From sequence record DRR723986_4209: 38,231 bases of DNA. One strand, written 5' to 3'. Position numbers and translations under genes: made by a program. Under the pieces are notes generated by a model. That model was not told the origin of the DNA. It ran no database searches and saw only the letters and a program-made list of their open reading frames with translations. This document shows positions 22,362 through 31,346 of this stretch, one piece after another (the stretch's first letter is position 1; the number at the start of each line of letters is the position of its first letter).

Positions 22362-22389
22362 AAAAAAAAGCCCGCCATAGAGCGGGCTT
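22362..22389 (-). terminator. Intrinsic terminator
   Basis: Minus strand AAGCCCGC-UCUAUG-GCGGGCUU running into a U8 tract. Confidence 0.9.
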
Positions 22390-22470
22390 AACAGGGCTTG
22401 AGGAGACAGAGACACTTGCTTGGTCGCACAATGCTCGCCCCTGAGGGGAGTATGCGATTCCACAAGCAGT
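22362..22470 (-). ncRNA. Candidate trans-acting small RNA (5' end approximate)
   Basis: Long 5' hairpin (22417-22468), pyrimidine-rich UGUCUCUGUCUCCUC anti-SD tract, then the U8 terminator; lies about 105 bp past the hldD stop. Confidence 0.5.
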
Positions 22471-22576
22471 TGGCCTACCCTTAAAACGTGGGGGAACCCC
22501 AACGGTTTACAAGGCGATTCGGTTCAAGAGGCCGAATCAACCAACATTAATGAGTGTCAAAGCCTTCGCTTAAGTT

Positions 22577-23587
22577 TCATTGTTTCAGGTATTTTTTAAT
22601 CAAACGTCCCACATAACGCGCCACACCTTCTTCCACACTGTAAAAACTGCCATTGTAGCCAGCTGCGCGCAGGTTGCTCAAATCAGCCTGGGTGTAGCTT
22701 TGGTACTTGCCTTTTAGCGCATCGGGAAACTCAATATATTCGATAAAACCACCTTGCACCGCCTCTTTCAAACTCAGAGCTGCACTGCCTTGGCTTTCGC
22801 GCAGGGTATTCAAGGTCGTCAAAGCCACATCATTGAATGTTTGGGCGCGCCCTGTCCCCAAGTTGTACACGCCCGAGGGCGCTGTAACGGCTTGATCGAA
22901 GAAGAACATGTTCACCTTCACCACATCTTCAATCGACACAAAATCCCGTTGTTGACAACCGGCCTCGTAGCCACCGTATGGACCAAATAACTTCACCGAC
23001 CCGCCCTCGCGAAACTGGTTAAAGTTGTGAAACGCCACGGAAGCCATGCGCCCCTTGTGTTGCTCGCGATCGCCATACACGTTGAAGTATCGAAAGCCGA
23101 ATACGGGTGCCTTTAATCCAGTTTTCATTTGCCGACGCAACACCTGATCGAACAGGAACTTGGAATAGCCATACACGTTCAGCGGTTTTTCGACCTCACG
23201 GTTCTCGACGAACTCCGTGCTGCCACCATAAACTGCGGCCGATGACGCATACAGGAATGGCGTACCCGTGCGCTGCGCCCACTCGAACAAGGTTTGGGTG
23301 TAGCGAAAGTTGTTGGCCATCATGTAGTTGCCATTGTGCTCCATGGTGTCTGAGCAGGCACCTTCATGAAAAATAGCATCAAACTTGCCAAACTCGCCAC
23401 GCTCGATGCGCGACAGAAAATCGGCTTTGTCCAGGTAATCGGAAATTTCACAATCTACAAGGTTCAAAAATTTGTCACCTTTGGTCAGGTTGTCTACCGC
23501 GAGCACATCAAAAATACCCCGCTCATTCAGCGCCTTCACCAAATTACTGCCGATTAAACCGGCGGCACCGGTCACAATCACTTTCAT
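22577..23587 (-). CDS. hldD: ADP-L-glycero-D-manno-heptose 6-epimerase
   Basis: [47 protein letters not shown]...[19 protein letters not shown]. Confidence 0.96.
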   Translation of the reverse strand: MKVIVTGAAGLIGSNLVKALNERGIFDVLAVDNLTKGDKFLNLVDCEISDYLDKADFLSRIERGEFGKFDAIFHEGACSDTMEHNGNYMMANNFRYTQTLFEWAQRTGTPFLYASSAAVYGGSTEFVENREVEKPLNVYGYSKFLFDQVLRRQMKTGLKAPVFGFRYFNVYGDREQHKGRMASVAFHNFNQFREGGSVKLFGPYGGYEAGCQQRDFVSIEDVVKVNMFFFDQAVTAPSGVYNLGTGRAQTFNDVALTTLNTLRESQGSAALSLKEAVQGGFIEYIEFPDALKGKYQSYTQADLSNLRAAGYNGSFYSVEEGVARYVGRLIKKYLKQ

Positions 23588-23598
23588 CGTTTAGTCCT

Positions 23599-24522
23599 TT
23601 AATTTAGCTCTTCCGGCAAAATCACCGCAGTACCTAGTTTGCCGACCACCACACCGCCTGCCTTGTTAGCCAGCGCCACGCTGTCAGGCAAACTCATTCC
23701 AGAACCCACAGCACATGCCAGGGTGGCGATTACCGTGTCGCCAGCGCCCGATACATCAAACACTTCTCGGGCCTGCGCCGCCACATGAAAACTTCCGTCT
23801 GCCGTAAACAGCGTCATGCCCTCTTCAGAGCGTGTCAGCAACAAGGCACCCAAACTCAGGCGCTCACGCAGGATTTGCGCTTTTTCAATCAACTGCGCTT
23901 CGGTTTTCCAGCTACCCATGACTTGTTTGAATTCAGATCGATTCGGTGTCAACACTGTTGCACCGGCGTACTTCGCATAATCATCCCCTTTGGGATCGAC
24001 CAAGGTAGTTTTGCCAGCTTTCTTGCACAAAGCAATCATTTCAGCCACATGTTCCAGGCTGCCCTTGCCGTAGTCAGAAAACAGCACCACATCGTGATTG
24101 GCGTATTCCTGCTCAAACAACTCCATTTTGGTGGTCAATTGCTCAGGCGATGGGCGCTCTTCAAAATCAATTCGCACCAGCTGTTGCTGCCGCGCAATGA
24201 CGCGCAACTTCACCGTGGTGGGGAAATTTGGGTCTTTCAGCAGGCGTGAACGTACGCCACTTTTCTGGAGCAAGGACTCGACCGTGTGGCCAGGCTCGTC
24301 ATTGCCCACAACACCCATCAGGCAAAGCTGTGCGCCCAGAGAACTGGCATTGATTGCCACATTGGCTGCGCCACCCAAGCGTTCATCTTTGGTACCCACC
24401 AGCACCACAGGTACGGGAGCCTCAGGGGAGATACGCTCTACATCCCCAAACCAATAGCGGTCCAGCATGACATCGCCGACCACGAGTATTTTTGCGTCTT
24501 TGAATTGAGACCTGTCAACCAT
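23599..24522 (-). CDS. hldA: D-glycero-beta-D-manno-heptose-7-phosphate kinase (monofunctional RfaE1/HldA)
   Basis: VVGDVMLDRYW, RISPEAPVPV, SDYGKG, VDPKG, TRSEEGM, VFDVSGAGDTV; no adenylyltransferase domain. Confidence 0.92.
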   Translation of the reverse strand: MVDRSQFKDAKILVVGDVMLDRYWFGDVERISPEAPVPVVLVGTKDERLGGAANVAINASSLGAQLCLMGVVGNDEPGHTVESLLQKSGVRSRLLKDPNFPTTVKLRVIARQQQLVRIDFEERPSPEQLTTKMELFEQEYANHDVVLFSDYGKGSLEHVAEMIALCKKAGKTTLVDPKGDDYAKYAGATVLTPNRSEFKQVMGSWKTEAQLIEKAQILRERLSLGALLLTRSEEGMTLFTADGSFHVAAQAREVFDVSGAGDTVIATLACAVGSGMSLPDSVALANKAGGVVVGKLGTAVILPEELN

Positions 24523-24534
24523 TGTTCGCCTGCT

Positions 24535-25755
24535 TTAATGGGTATGTGGCTGTGTATGTGCTGCCTTTTTGGCAGACACGGGGTAGAAATCAAGTTCTTC
24601 TGCACGGCGCGGCACAATTGAATCCCAATTGGCACAACCTGGGCATTGCCAGTAAAATTTTTTGGCCTGAAAGCCGCAAGACTGGCAGCGATAGCGTTCA
24701 AGGCGCTGGGTGTGTTTGGAAATCAACTCACGTGTCAGACGAAGGTCTTGCATGCGATCATCGTCCAGTTTGCCGCGCAACTGGTGCTCCAGCAACTTGT
24801 CGAGGCCCAGCAAGCTGGGGCGGGCGCGGACCTGTTCACGCAACAGTTCGAATGCCGCAAACGGCCCTTTGGTCTCCTCAACAGCCTGCGCCAATACCAG
24901 CAACAAATCAATTGACGGGTACATGGTGCAATATTCCAGCAGTGCTGCAATGCCCTCTTCTTCACGCTCAAGCTTCTTGAATGCAGCCCACATGTTTGGC
25001 CCAACCAAGGGCAAATACCAGGGGTTCTGGCGCTCGGCAGCGCGCCACTGGCCTATGGCTTCCTCAAACTGGTTTTGGGTGAAATAAATGTCACCCAACA
25101 ACAGGGAAGCGCGTACGTTTTGAGGGTCAGTCAGCAAAGCGTTTTGCAGTTCAGCTTTGGCCTTTGCCAAATCCGCCTTGTCGATCAATTGTGCTGCAAG
25201 CTCGCAGTAAAAATGCGCAATATCGCCAGCAGGCACGTCCGCACCATATTCACGAAGCTTGTGGGCTTGCGCGATGGCTTTGTCCCAGGCTTTTTCGAGC
25301 TCGTACAATTCCAGCAATTGACGCGAGGCCTCGGCTTTCATGTCTGAGCCCGACAAACTGTGGAAAGCCTGCTCAGCGCGGTCCAGAATACCCGCTCGCA
25401 AGAAATCAACACCAAGCTCATAGGTGGCTTTTTCACGATCGGCCGATGTAATTTGTTCACGAGTTGTCAAGAATTGATGCACCCGAATTGCTCGATCTAT
25501 TTCGCCTTTTTTGCGGAATAAATTGGCCAGGGCAAAATGCAATTCAACGGTGTGTGTGTCGATTGCTGCCACCTCCAGAAAGGCATCAATCGCCTTATCT
25601 GGCTGCTCGCTGAGCAGAAAATTAACACCTTTGAAATAAGATGCTGGCAATTGACCGCGCATGGATGCGTCAGAACGTTTTTCAAGACGGGCAGCCATCC
25701 ATCCCAAGCTGAATATCAGCGGGATGAGCACCAACCACCAGGTTTCAAATTCCAT
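24535..25755 (-). CDS. lapB: Lipopolysaccharide assembly protein LapB
   Basis: N-terminal TM, YFKGVNFLLSEQPDKAID, TPR repeats, C-terminal rubredoxin CQSC...CPGC. Confidence 0.95.
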   Translation of the reverse strand: MEFETWWLVLIPLIFSLGWMAARLEKRSDASMRGQLPASYFKGVNFLLSEQPDKAIDAFLEVAAIDTHTVELHFALANLFRKKGEIDRAIRVHQFLTTREQITSADREKATYELGVDFLRAGILDRAEQAFHSLSGSDMKAEASRQLLELYELEKAWDKAIAQAHKLREYGADVPAGDIAHFYCELAAQLIDKADLAKAKAELQNALLTDPQNVRASLLLGDIYFTQNQFEEAIGQWRAAERQNPWYLPLVGPNMWAAFKKLEREEEGIAALLEYCTMYPSIDLLLVLAQAVEETKGPFAAFELLREQVRARPSLLGLDKLLEHQLRGKLDDDRMQDLRLTRELISKHTQRLERYRCQSCGFQAKKFYWQCPGCANWDSIVPRRAEELDFYPVSAKKAAHTQPHTH

Positions 25756-26086
25756 GGCTAGGGCCTATTGGCAATGCTGGCATGGGTTCTTCGACAATCA
25801 CCGGCGTATTGCCTTGTGCTTTAAGTTGATTCAACTCACGCTCAAGACGTTCCGCATTTTTCGTGGCCACAGAGGCTGCACGCTTGGCCTTCAACCAAGA
25901 AGGCAACAAGGAAATCCAGGCGAATACCGCACCCAGCAATAAGGCAAGCAACAACGCAACTACCAGCTGAACCTGAATTTCCAGTCCAGGCAACCACTTC
26001 ACAGTGACTAGATCGGTATTTCGAATTGAAAACGTGAGAACAACAAGGAAGAGTGCAAGTCGCACTACCCAGGCAAGTATTTTCAA
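25745..26086 (-). CDS. lapA: Lipopolysaccharide assembly protein LapA
   Basis: Two TM segments plus a coiled coil, located between ihfB and lapB; TTG start with CAGGGG SD. Confidence 0.85.
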   Translation of the reverse strand: MKILAWVVRLALFLVVLTFSIRNTDLVTVKWLPGLEIQVQLVVALLLALLLGAVFAWISLLPSWLKAKRAASVATKNAERLERELNQLKAQGNTPVIVEEPMPALPIGPSHGI

Positions 26087-26167
26087 GGTGGTCCCCTGTT
26101 TGTAGTTGGATCAACGCCGATTCATTCATCGGCGTGATGACTCAGGCTTCACCGAAGAATGATCGAA

Positions 26168-26464
26168 TTAACTCTCTTTCTTGGAGTATAAATCAACTCG
26201 CTCGCGTAGCTCTTTGCCGGGCTTAAAGTGAGGCACGCGCTTTTCGGGAACAACCACTTGTTCGCCCGATTTGGGATTGCGACCCACGCGTTGAGGGCGA
26301 CGGGTCAGTGAGAAACTGCCGAACCCACGGATCTCAATGCGCTGACCTTCGGCCAAGGCTTGAGTCATGGAGTCAAGTATGCTTTTGACAGCGAAATCCG
26401 TATCCCGCACAGGCAACTTGGGGAAACGCTTGACCAGCTGATTGATGAGTTCTGATTTTGTCAT
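26168..26464 (-). CDS. ihfB: Integration host factor beta subunit
   Basis: [39 protein letters not shown]. Confidence 0.97.
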   Translation of the reverse strand: MTKSELINQLVKRFPKLPVRDTDFAVKSILDSMTQALAEGQRIEIRGFGSFSLTRRPQRVGRNPKSGEQVVVPEKRVPHFKPGKELRERVDLYSKKES

Positions 26465-26475
26465 TGTTCTTGAAA

Positions 26476-26505
26476 TAAAAAGGCGCTTCCCGCATGGGAA
26501 GCGCC
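26476..26505 (-). terminator. Intrinsic terminator after rpsA
   Basis: GGCGCTTCCC-N4-GGGAAGCGCC perfect 10-bp stem followed on the minus strand by UUUUUAUUU. Confidence 0.85.
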
Positions 26506-26520
26506 ACTTCTACAGACTGA

Positions 26521-28224
26521 TTACTGGTTGTTACCCAGTTTTGCTTTCAACAAAGCGCCCAAACTGGTGGTACCAGCAGAGCCTGCGCTTTCTTCAGCAA
26601 TTTTCTTCATGGCTTCATCAGTGTCAACCTGGTCTTTGGCCTTGATGGACAAAGCGATCGAACGGGCCTTGCGGTCCACATTGATTACCATGGCGGTTAC
26701 AGCGTCGCCTTCCTTGTATGCATTGCGAGCATCTTCAACGCGGTCGTTGGAAATCTCGGATGCACGCAGGTAACCCTCGATATCGTCGCCCAGATCAACA
26801 ACCACACCCTTTGCATCCACAGACTTGACTGTGCCGTTTACCATGCTGCCACGGTCATTCGACGATGCAAATACGGTGAAGGGATCGCCAGACAACTGCT
26901 TGATACCCAAGCTGATGCGCTCGCGTTCTGTGTCGATCGCCAGTACCAAGGCTTCCACTTCATCACCCTTCTTGAAACGACGCACGGCTTCTTCACCGGT
27001 TTCGTTCCAGGACAGGTCTGACAGATGTACCAAGCCGTCGATGCCACCAGGCAAGCCGATGAATACACCGAAATCAGTAATTGACTTGATTGCGCCGGAT
27101 ACTTTGTCGCCTTTCTTGAAGCTGGTAGAGAACTCTTCCCAAGGGTTGGCTGCACATTGCTTCATGCCAAGGCTGATACGACGACGCTCTTCGTCGATTT
27201 CCAGAACCATGACTTCTACTTCGTCACCCAGAGTAACCACTTTCTTGGGGTCTACGTTCTTGTTGGTCCAGTCCATTTCGGAGACGTGTACCAAACCTTC
27301 GATGCCTTGCTCAACTTCAACAAATGCGCCGTAGTCAGTAATGTTGGTAACTTTTCCGAACAGACGTGTGTCAGCCGGATAGCGACGTGACAAACCGACC
27401 CATGGGTCTTCGCCAAGTTGCTTCACGCCCAAGGACACGCGGTTCTTTTCCTGGTCGAACTTCAATACTTTTGCTTCGATTTCTTCGCCAACTGTCAGCA
27501 CTTCTGACGGGTGACGTACACGGCGCCATGCCAGGTCGGTGATGTGCAACAAGCCATCGATACCGCCGAGGTCCACGAACGCGCCGTAGTCGGTGATGTT
27601 CTTGACGATGCCCTTGACCACAGAACCTTCCTGCAGGTTGGACAGAAGCTTTTCACGCTCTTCACCCATGGTGGCCTCAACCACTGCACGGCGTGACAAC
27701 ACCACGTTGTTGCGCTTGCGATCCAGCTTGATCACCTTGAATTCGAGGGTTTTGCCTTCGAATGGTGTGGTGTCTTTCACAGGGCGCACATCTACCAGTG
27801 AACCTGGCAGGAAAGCACGAATGCTGTTGACCATGACTGTCAAGCCGCCCTTCACCTTGCCGGTGATGGTACCTGTCACCAGTTCGCCTGATTCCAGAGC
27901 TTGTTCCAGGCTCAGCCATGCGGACAAGCGCTTGGCTTTGTCACGAGACAGCAATGTTTCGCCGTAACCGTTTTCCAGGGCTTCAATGGCCACGGAAATA
28001 AAGTCACCATCGTTCACTTCCACGTTGCCGTGGTCGTCTTTGAATTCTTCAAGGGGGATATAGCTTTCGGATTTCAGCCCGGCGTTCACAACAACGTAGT
28101 TGTAATCAACACGAACAACTTCGGCTGTGATCACTTCACCTGCGCGCATTTCCTTGCGATTCAGGCTTTCTTCAAACATAGCTGCGAAGCTATCTGGGGC
28201 TTGGGTAATTTCAGTTGTGGTCAT
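26521..28224 (-). CDS. rpsA: 30S ribosomal protein S1
   Basis: [10 protein letters not shown]-terminus, six S1 repeats ([24 protein letters not shown]); start corrected to MTTTEI. Confidence 0.98.
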   Translation of the reverse strand: MTTTEITQAPDSFAAMFEESLNRKEMRAGEVITAEVVRVDYNYVVVNAGLKSESYIPLEEFKDDHGNVEVNDGDFISVAIEALENGYGETLLSRDKAKRLSAWLSLEQALESGELVTGTITGKVKGGLTVMVNSIRAFLPGSLVDVRPVKDTTPFEGKTLEFKVIKLDRKRNNVVLSRRAVVEATMGEEREKLLSNLQEGSVVKGIVKNITDYGAFVDLGGIDGLLHITDLAWRRVRHPSEVLTVGEEIEAKVLKFDQEKNRVSLGVKQLGEDPWVGLSRRYPADTRLFGKVTNITDYGAFVEVEQGIEGLVHVSEMDWTNKNVDPKKVVTLGDEVEVMVLEIDEERRRISLGMKQCAANPWEEFSTSFKKGDKVSGAIKSITDFGVFIGLPGGIDGLVHLSDLSWNETGEEAVRRFKKGDEVEALVLAIDTERERISLGIKQLSGDPFTVFASSNDRGSMVNGTVKSVDAKGVVVDLGDDIEGYLRASEISNDRVEDARNAYKEGDAVTAMVINVDRKARSIALSIKAKDQVDTDEAMKKIAEESAGSAGTTSLGALLKAKLGNNQ

Positions 28225-28345
28225 AAATTTGAGATTTAACACGCCACTGCGGGAAGCAAGGCGGAGTTCAAAAACGTGTATTTCGGGATTGAAACACACG
28301 GCGTTTTGTTTAGTCGGACATTGCCTGCCTAAAAAACAGGCGCAG
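28225..28345 (-). promoter_or_regulatory. Structured, SD-less rpsA leader
   Basis: Minus-strand hairpins CGUGUGUUUC/GAAAUACACG and CGCC-UUGC/GCAG-UGGCG; AU-rich UUAAAUCUCAAAUUU directly before AUG with no SD. Confidence 0.5.
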
Positions 28346-28398
28346 CTGGCCAAACAAGGGTAGAGAGTGTAACAAGAAAGCCTTTGTTGATCAAGCGT

Positions 28399-29073
28399 TT
28401 AAATGCGATCAACTGCCCATCCATGGATCGTGGCAACCACCTGATCAATCGGCATATTGGAACAATCGAGCACCAGTGCGTCATCACAAGGCTTGAGCGG
28501 TGCGACAGCCCTCTCGGAATCCCTTTTGTCGCGGGCCATCAGGTCATTGAATATCGCCTGAAAATCCGCTTGTTGACCCCGACCCTCAATCTGTTTGACT
28601 CGACGCTCTGCTCGAACCTGGGCACTTGCCGTGAGGAACACTTTCAACACGGAATCCGGAAAAACAACCGAGCCCATATCACGACCATCGGCTACAAGGC
28701 CGGGAGCCTGGCGAAAATCACGTTGTCGCTGCAACAAACCAGCACGGACTTCGGGCACCACTGCAAGGCGAGAGGCCATCACCCCGGCTTCTTCGGTGCG
28801 AATCGCCTCGGAAACATCGATATCTTGGAGCAATACACGGTCGCCGTGAAATTGCACCGGCAAATTGGCCGCCATTGAAATGATGTGTTGCAGATCGTCT
28901 GGCGAATCTGGATCCAGATCAGCCTGTGCCGCAGCCACCGCCAACACCCTGTAAATTGCACCGCTGTCCAGGTAGTGGTAGGCAAGCTTGGCAGCCACCA
29001 ATGCGGCTACAGTTCCCTTTCCTGAAGCGGTAGGACCATCGATTGCGATGACTGGGAAACGGGGAACATTCAT
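28399..29073 (-). CDS. cmk: Cytidylate kinase
   Basis: IAIDGPTASGKGT, YLDSGAIYR, VADGRDMGSVVFP, RDKRDSER. Confidence 0.97.
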   Translation of the reverse strand: MNVPRFPVIAIDGPTASGKGTVAALVAAKLAYHYLDSGAIYRVLAVAAAQADLDPDSPDDLQHIISMAANLPVQFHGDRVLLQDIDVSEAIRTEEAGVMASRLAVVPEVRAGLLQRQRDFRQAPGLVADGRDMGSVVFPDSVLKVFLTASAQVRAERRVKQIEGRGQQADFQAIFNDLMARDKRDSERAVAPLKPCDDALVLDCSNMPIDQVVATIHGWAVDRI

Positions 29074-29083
29074 GGTTTAAGCC

Positions 29084-30427
29084 TTAACCCTTGCGAACCG
29101 ATTGAACCTGCATTCCCAGGGAATTGGCCAAAGCCACGAATCCAGGGAACGAGGTGTCTACCGTCTGCGCTCCATGAATGACCATGGTGCCCTGTGCACG
29201 GATGGCGGCCACGCTAAACGACATTGCAATTCGATGATCACCCTGTGACTCAATGTTGGTGGCCTTGTAGCGCAAACCGTCGACATGACCCAAGCCCTGA
29301 ATAATCATGCCGTCCTCAGTCGGCTCAGCATCAATCCCGCATTTCTGAAGGCCGTGCGCCATCACCGCGATGCGATCCGATTCCTTCACGCGCAACTCTT
29401 CAGCGCCGGTCAATACTGTTTGGCCAATCGCATTGGCTGCAGCAACAAACAACACCGGAAATTCATCAATCGCCAATGGCACCAGATGCTCCGGGATTTC
29501 AATTCCTTTCAAAGATGCGCTGCGGATGCGCACATCGGCCACAGGCTCCCCACCCACTTCGGCATGATTGCTCAACTCAATGTCGGCACCCATCAGCTTC
29601 AAAATGTCGATGACGCCCGTGCGGGTCGGATTCAAACCCACGTGCTTCAATGTAATGTCCGCTTTCGGTGCAATCGAGGCGGCTACCATGAAAAAGGCTG
29701 CCGAAGAAATGTCGGATGGTACATCGATTTTGGTGGCTTTCAGCGTTTGTCCGCCCTTCACACTGGCCCGGGAGCCTTCGGTGATCACATCAACGCCAAA
29801 TCCACGCAACATCCGCTCGGTATGGTCTCGCGTTACAGCAGGCTCGGTTACTGTGGTGGTACCTTCCGCATACAAACCTGCCAGAAGAACGCAAGACTTC
29901 ACCTGTGCCGAGGCCATGGGCAACACATAATCAATGGCTTTCAAGGTGGTACGGCCATGAATATGCAGCGGAGGGCGGCCACCTTCCTGTGCTTCAATTC
30001 GCGCACCCATCAACACCAAAGGATCAATGACCCGCTTCATAGGGCGCTTCCCCAAGCTTGAATCACCGGTGAGCATGCAATCAAAATCCTGGCCAGCCAA
30101 CAGTCCAGACATCAAGCGCATGGAGGTACCTGAGTTGCCACAGTCGAGCACTTGGCGCGGTGCTTTCAAGCCATGCATGCCCACACCATGTACCTTCACC
30201 TTGCCCTGGTCGGGACCTTCGATACTGACCCCCAGAGCACGAAATGCATTCATGGTCGCGAGTGCATCCTCGCCCTCCAGAAATCCTTCAACTTCAGTGG
30301 TGCCTTCAGCAATCGAACCCATCATGATTGAACGATGGGAAATAGATTTGTCGCCGGGCACACGGGCGGATCCAGACATGCTTTCGGTGCTGCTGGCGTG
30401 AAATTCGATCAAATTCAGATCTGACAT
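29084..30427 (-). CDS. aroA: 3-phosphoshikimate 1-carboxyvinyltransferase (class II EPSP synthase)
   Basis: PGDKSISHR, GNSGTSMRL, SAQVKS, RDHTE, NPTR, ELRVKESDRI, GDHRIAM. Confidence 0.96.
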   Translation of the reverse strand: MSDLNLIEFHASSTESMSGSARVPGDKSISHRSIMMGSIAEGTTEVEGFLEGEDALATMNAFRALGVSIEGPDQGKVKVHGVGMHGLKAPRQVLDCGNSGTSMRLMSGLLAGQDFDCMLTGDSSLGKRPMKRVIDPLVLMGARIEAQEGGRPPLHIHGRTTLKAIDYVLPMASAQVKSCVLLAGLYAEGTTTVTEPAVTRDHTERMLRGFGVDVITEGSRASVKGGQTLKATKIDVPSDISSAAFFMVAASIAPKADITLKHVGLNPTRTGVIDILKLMGADIELSNHAEVGGEPVADVRIRSASLKGIEIPEHLVPLAIDEFPVLFVAAANAIGQTVLTGAEELRVKESDRIAVMAHGLQKCGIDAEPTEDGMIIQGLGHVDGLRYKATNIESQGDHRIAMSFSVAAIRAQGTMVIHGAQTVDTSFPGFVALANSLGMQVQSVRKG

Positions 30428-30458
30428 AACAGGGTATCCGGTGAAAAATTGGACTGAA

Positions 30459-31346
30459 TTAATTCTGCTTCCAGCGACTGCGGTATTCAGACGCCTGACC
30501 CAGAATGCGCTCCAGAGTGCTTCGATCGCCGCTCTCTATTGCAGCGCGCAAACTGGCAATATTCGCTTCAAATCCGCTCAGCATGTTTAACAAAGCGGCG
30601 CTGTTGTTTTGAAATATGTCTGCCCACATCTCGGGTGAACTGGCCGCGATCCGGGTGAAATCCCGATAACCCGCCCCACCCTCTTTCATGAAATCAGCGC
30701 CTTTGGGGTGCCCGAGTACGCTGGCTACATAACTGAACGCAAGCAAATGAGGGAGGTGACTGACAGCACCAAACATTTCGTCATGGTCCATGGCATTCAT
30801 CGTGCTCAATTTGGCACCGATGGAGGACCAGAAACTTTCGACTTTTTTCAAACCGACGGGGTTGGTTTGAGGAAGAGGACACAACACACAGTTGCGCCCC
30901 TCGAACAAATTCGCCACCGCCGCAGCCGGTCCGTGCGATTCACCGCCTGCGATTGGATGGGACAACACAAACCTGGACTTCAAGCCGGGAAACTGTGGCT
31001 CAAGTTCTTCCAGCATCAGGGCCACATCCGACTTGGTACTGCCGGCATCAAAAATCAGGCAATTTGGCGGCAGAGAGGGCAAAAACTGGGTAAGTACCTG
31101 CTTGTACTGGCGAACGGGGATTGATAACACAACGACATCCACATTGCGCACATTCGAATCGCCCGGCCCCGCAATACACTCGTCCACGATGCCCAACTTC
31201 AGGGCCTCATGGGCTGTTTCAAGTTTGCGAGAGTAGCCCAGTACATGCCCAGCCAATCCTTTTTTCTTGGCAGCCAAACAAATTGACCCACCAATCAAGC
31301 CAACACCAATGGCAAGCATTCGGCTGAAGATAGCGCCCTTGGCCAT
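30459..31346 (-). CDS. tyrA: Prephenate/cyclohexadienyl dehydrogenase (TyrA family)
   Basis: GVGLIGGS, DAGSTK, HPIAGGE, HDEMFGAVSHLPHLL, GYRDFTRIAASSPEMW; ATG overlaps the hisC stop (alternative GTG at 31349). Confidence 0.92.
   Translation of the reverse strand: MAKGAIFSRMLAIGVGLIGGSICLAAKKKGLAGHVLGYSRKLETAHEALKLGIVDECIAGPGDSNVRNVDVVVLSIPVRQYKQVLTQFLPSLPPNCLIFDAGSTKSDVALMLEELEPQFPGLKSRFVLSHPIAGGESHGPAAAVANLFEGRNCVLCPLPQTNPVGLKKVESFWSSIGAKLSTMNAMDHDEMFGAVSHLPHLLAFSYVASVLGHPKGADFMKEGGAGYRDFTRIAASSPEMWADIFQNNSAALLNMLSGFEANIASLRAAIESGDRSTLERILGQASEYRSRWKQN

Noticed and set aside
22416..22484. Plus-strand 22-codon ORF (TTG start, LLGRTMLAPEGSMRFHKQLAYP) after AGGAG, as a type I toxin antisense to the candidate sRNA
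   Set aside because: Peptide is not hydrophobic, the start codon is weak, and the AGGAG is simply the complement of the anti-SD tract; only ribosome profiling could rescue it
30428..30458. tyrA-aroA as a fusion gene split by a stop codon
   Set aside because: The 31-bp gap puts the genes in different frames and both proteins look complete
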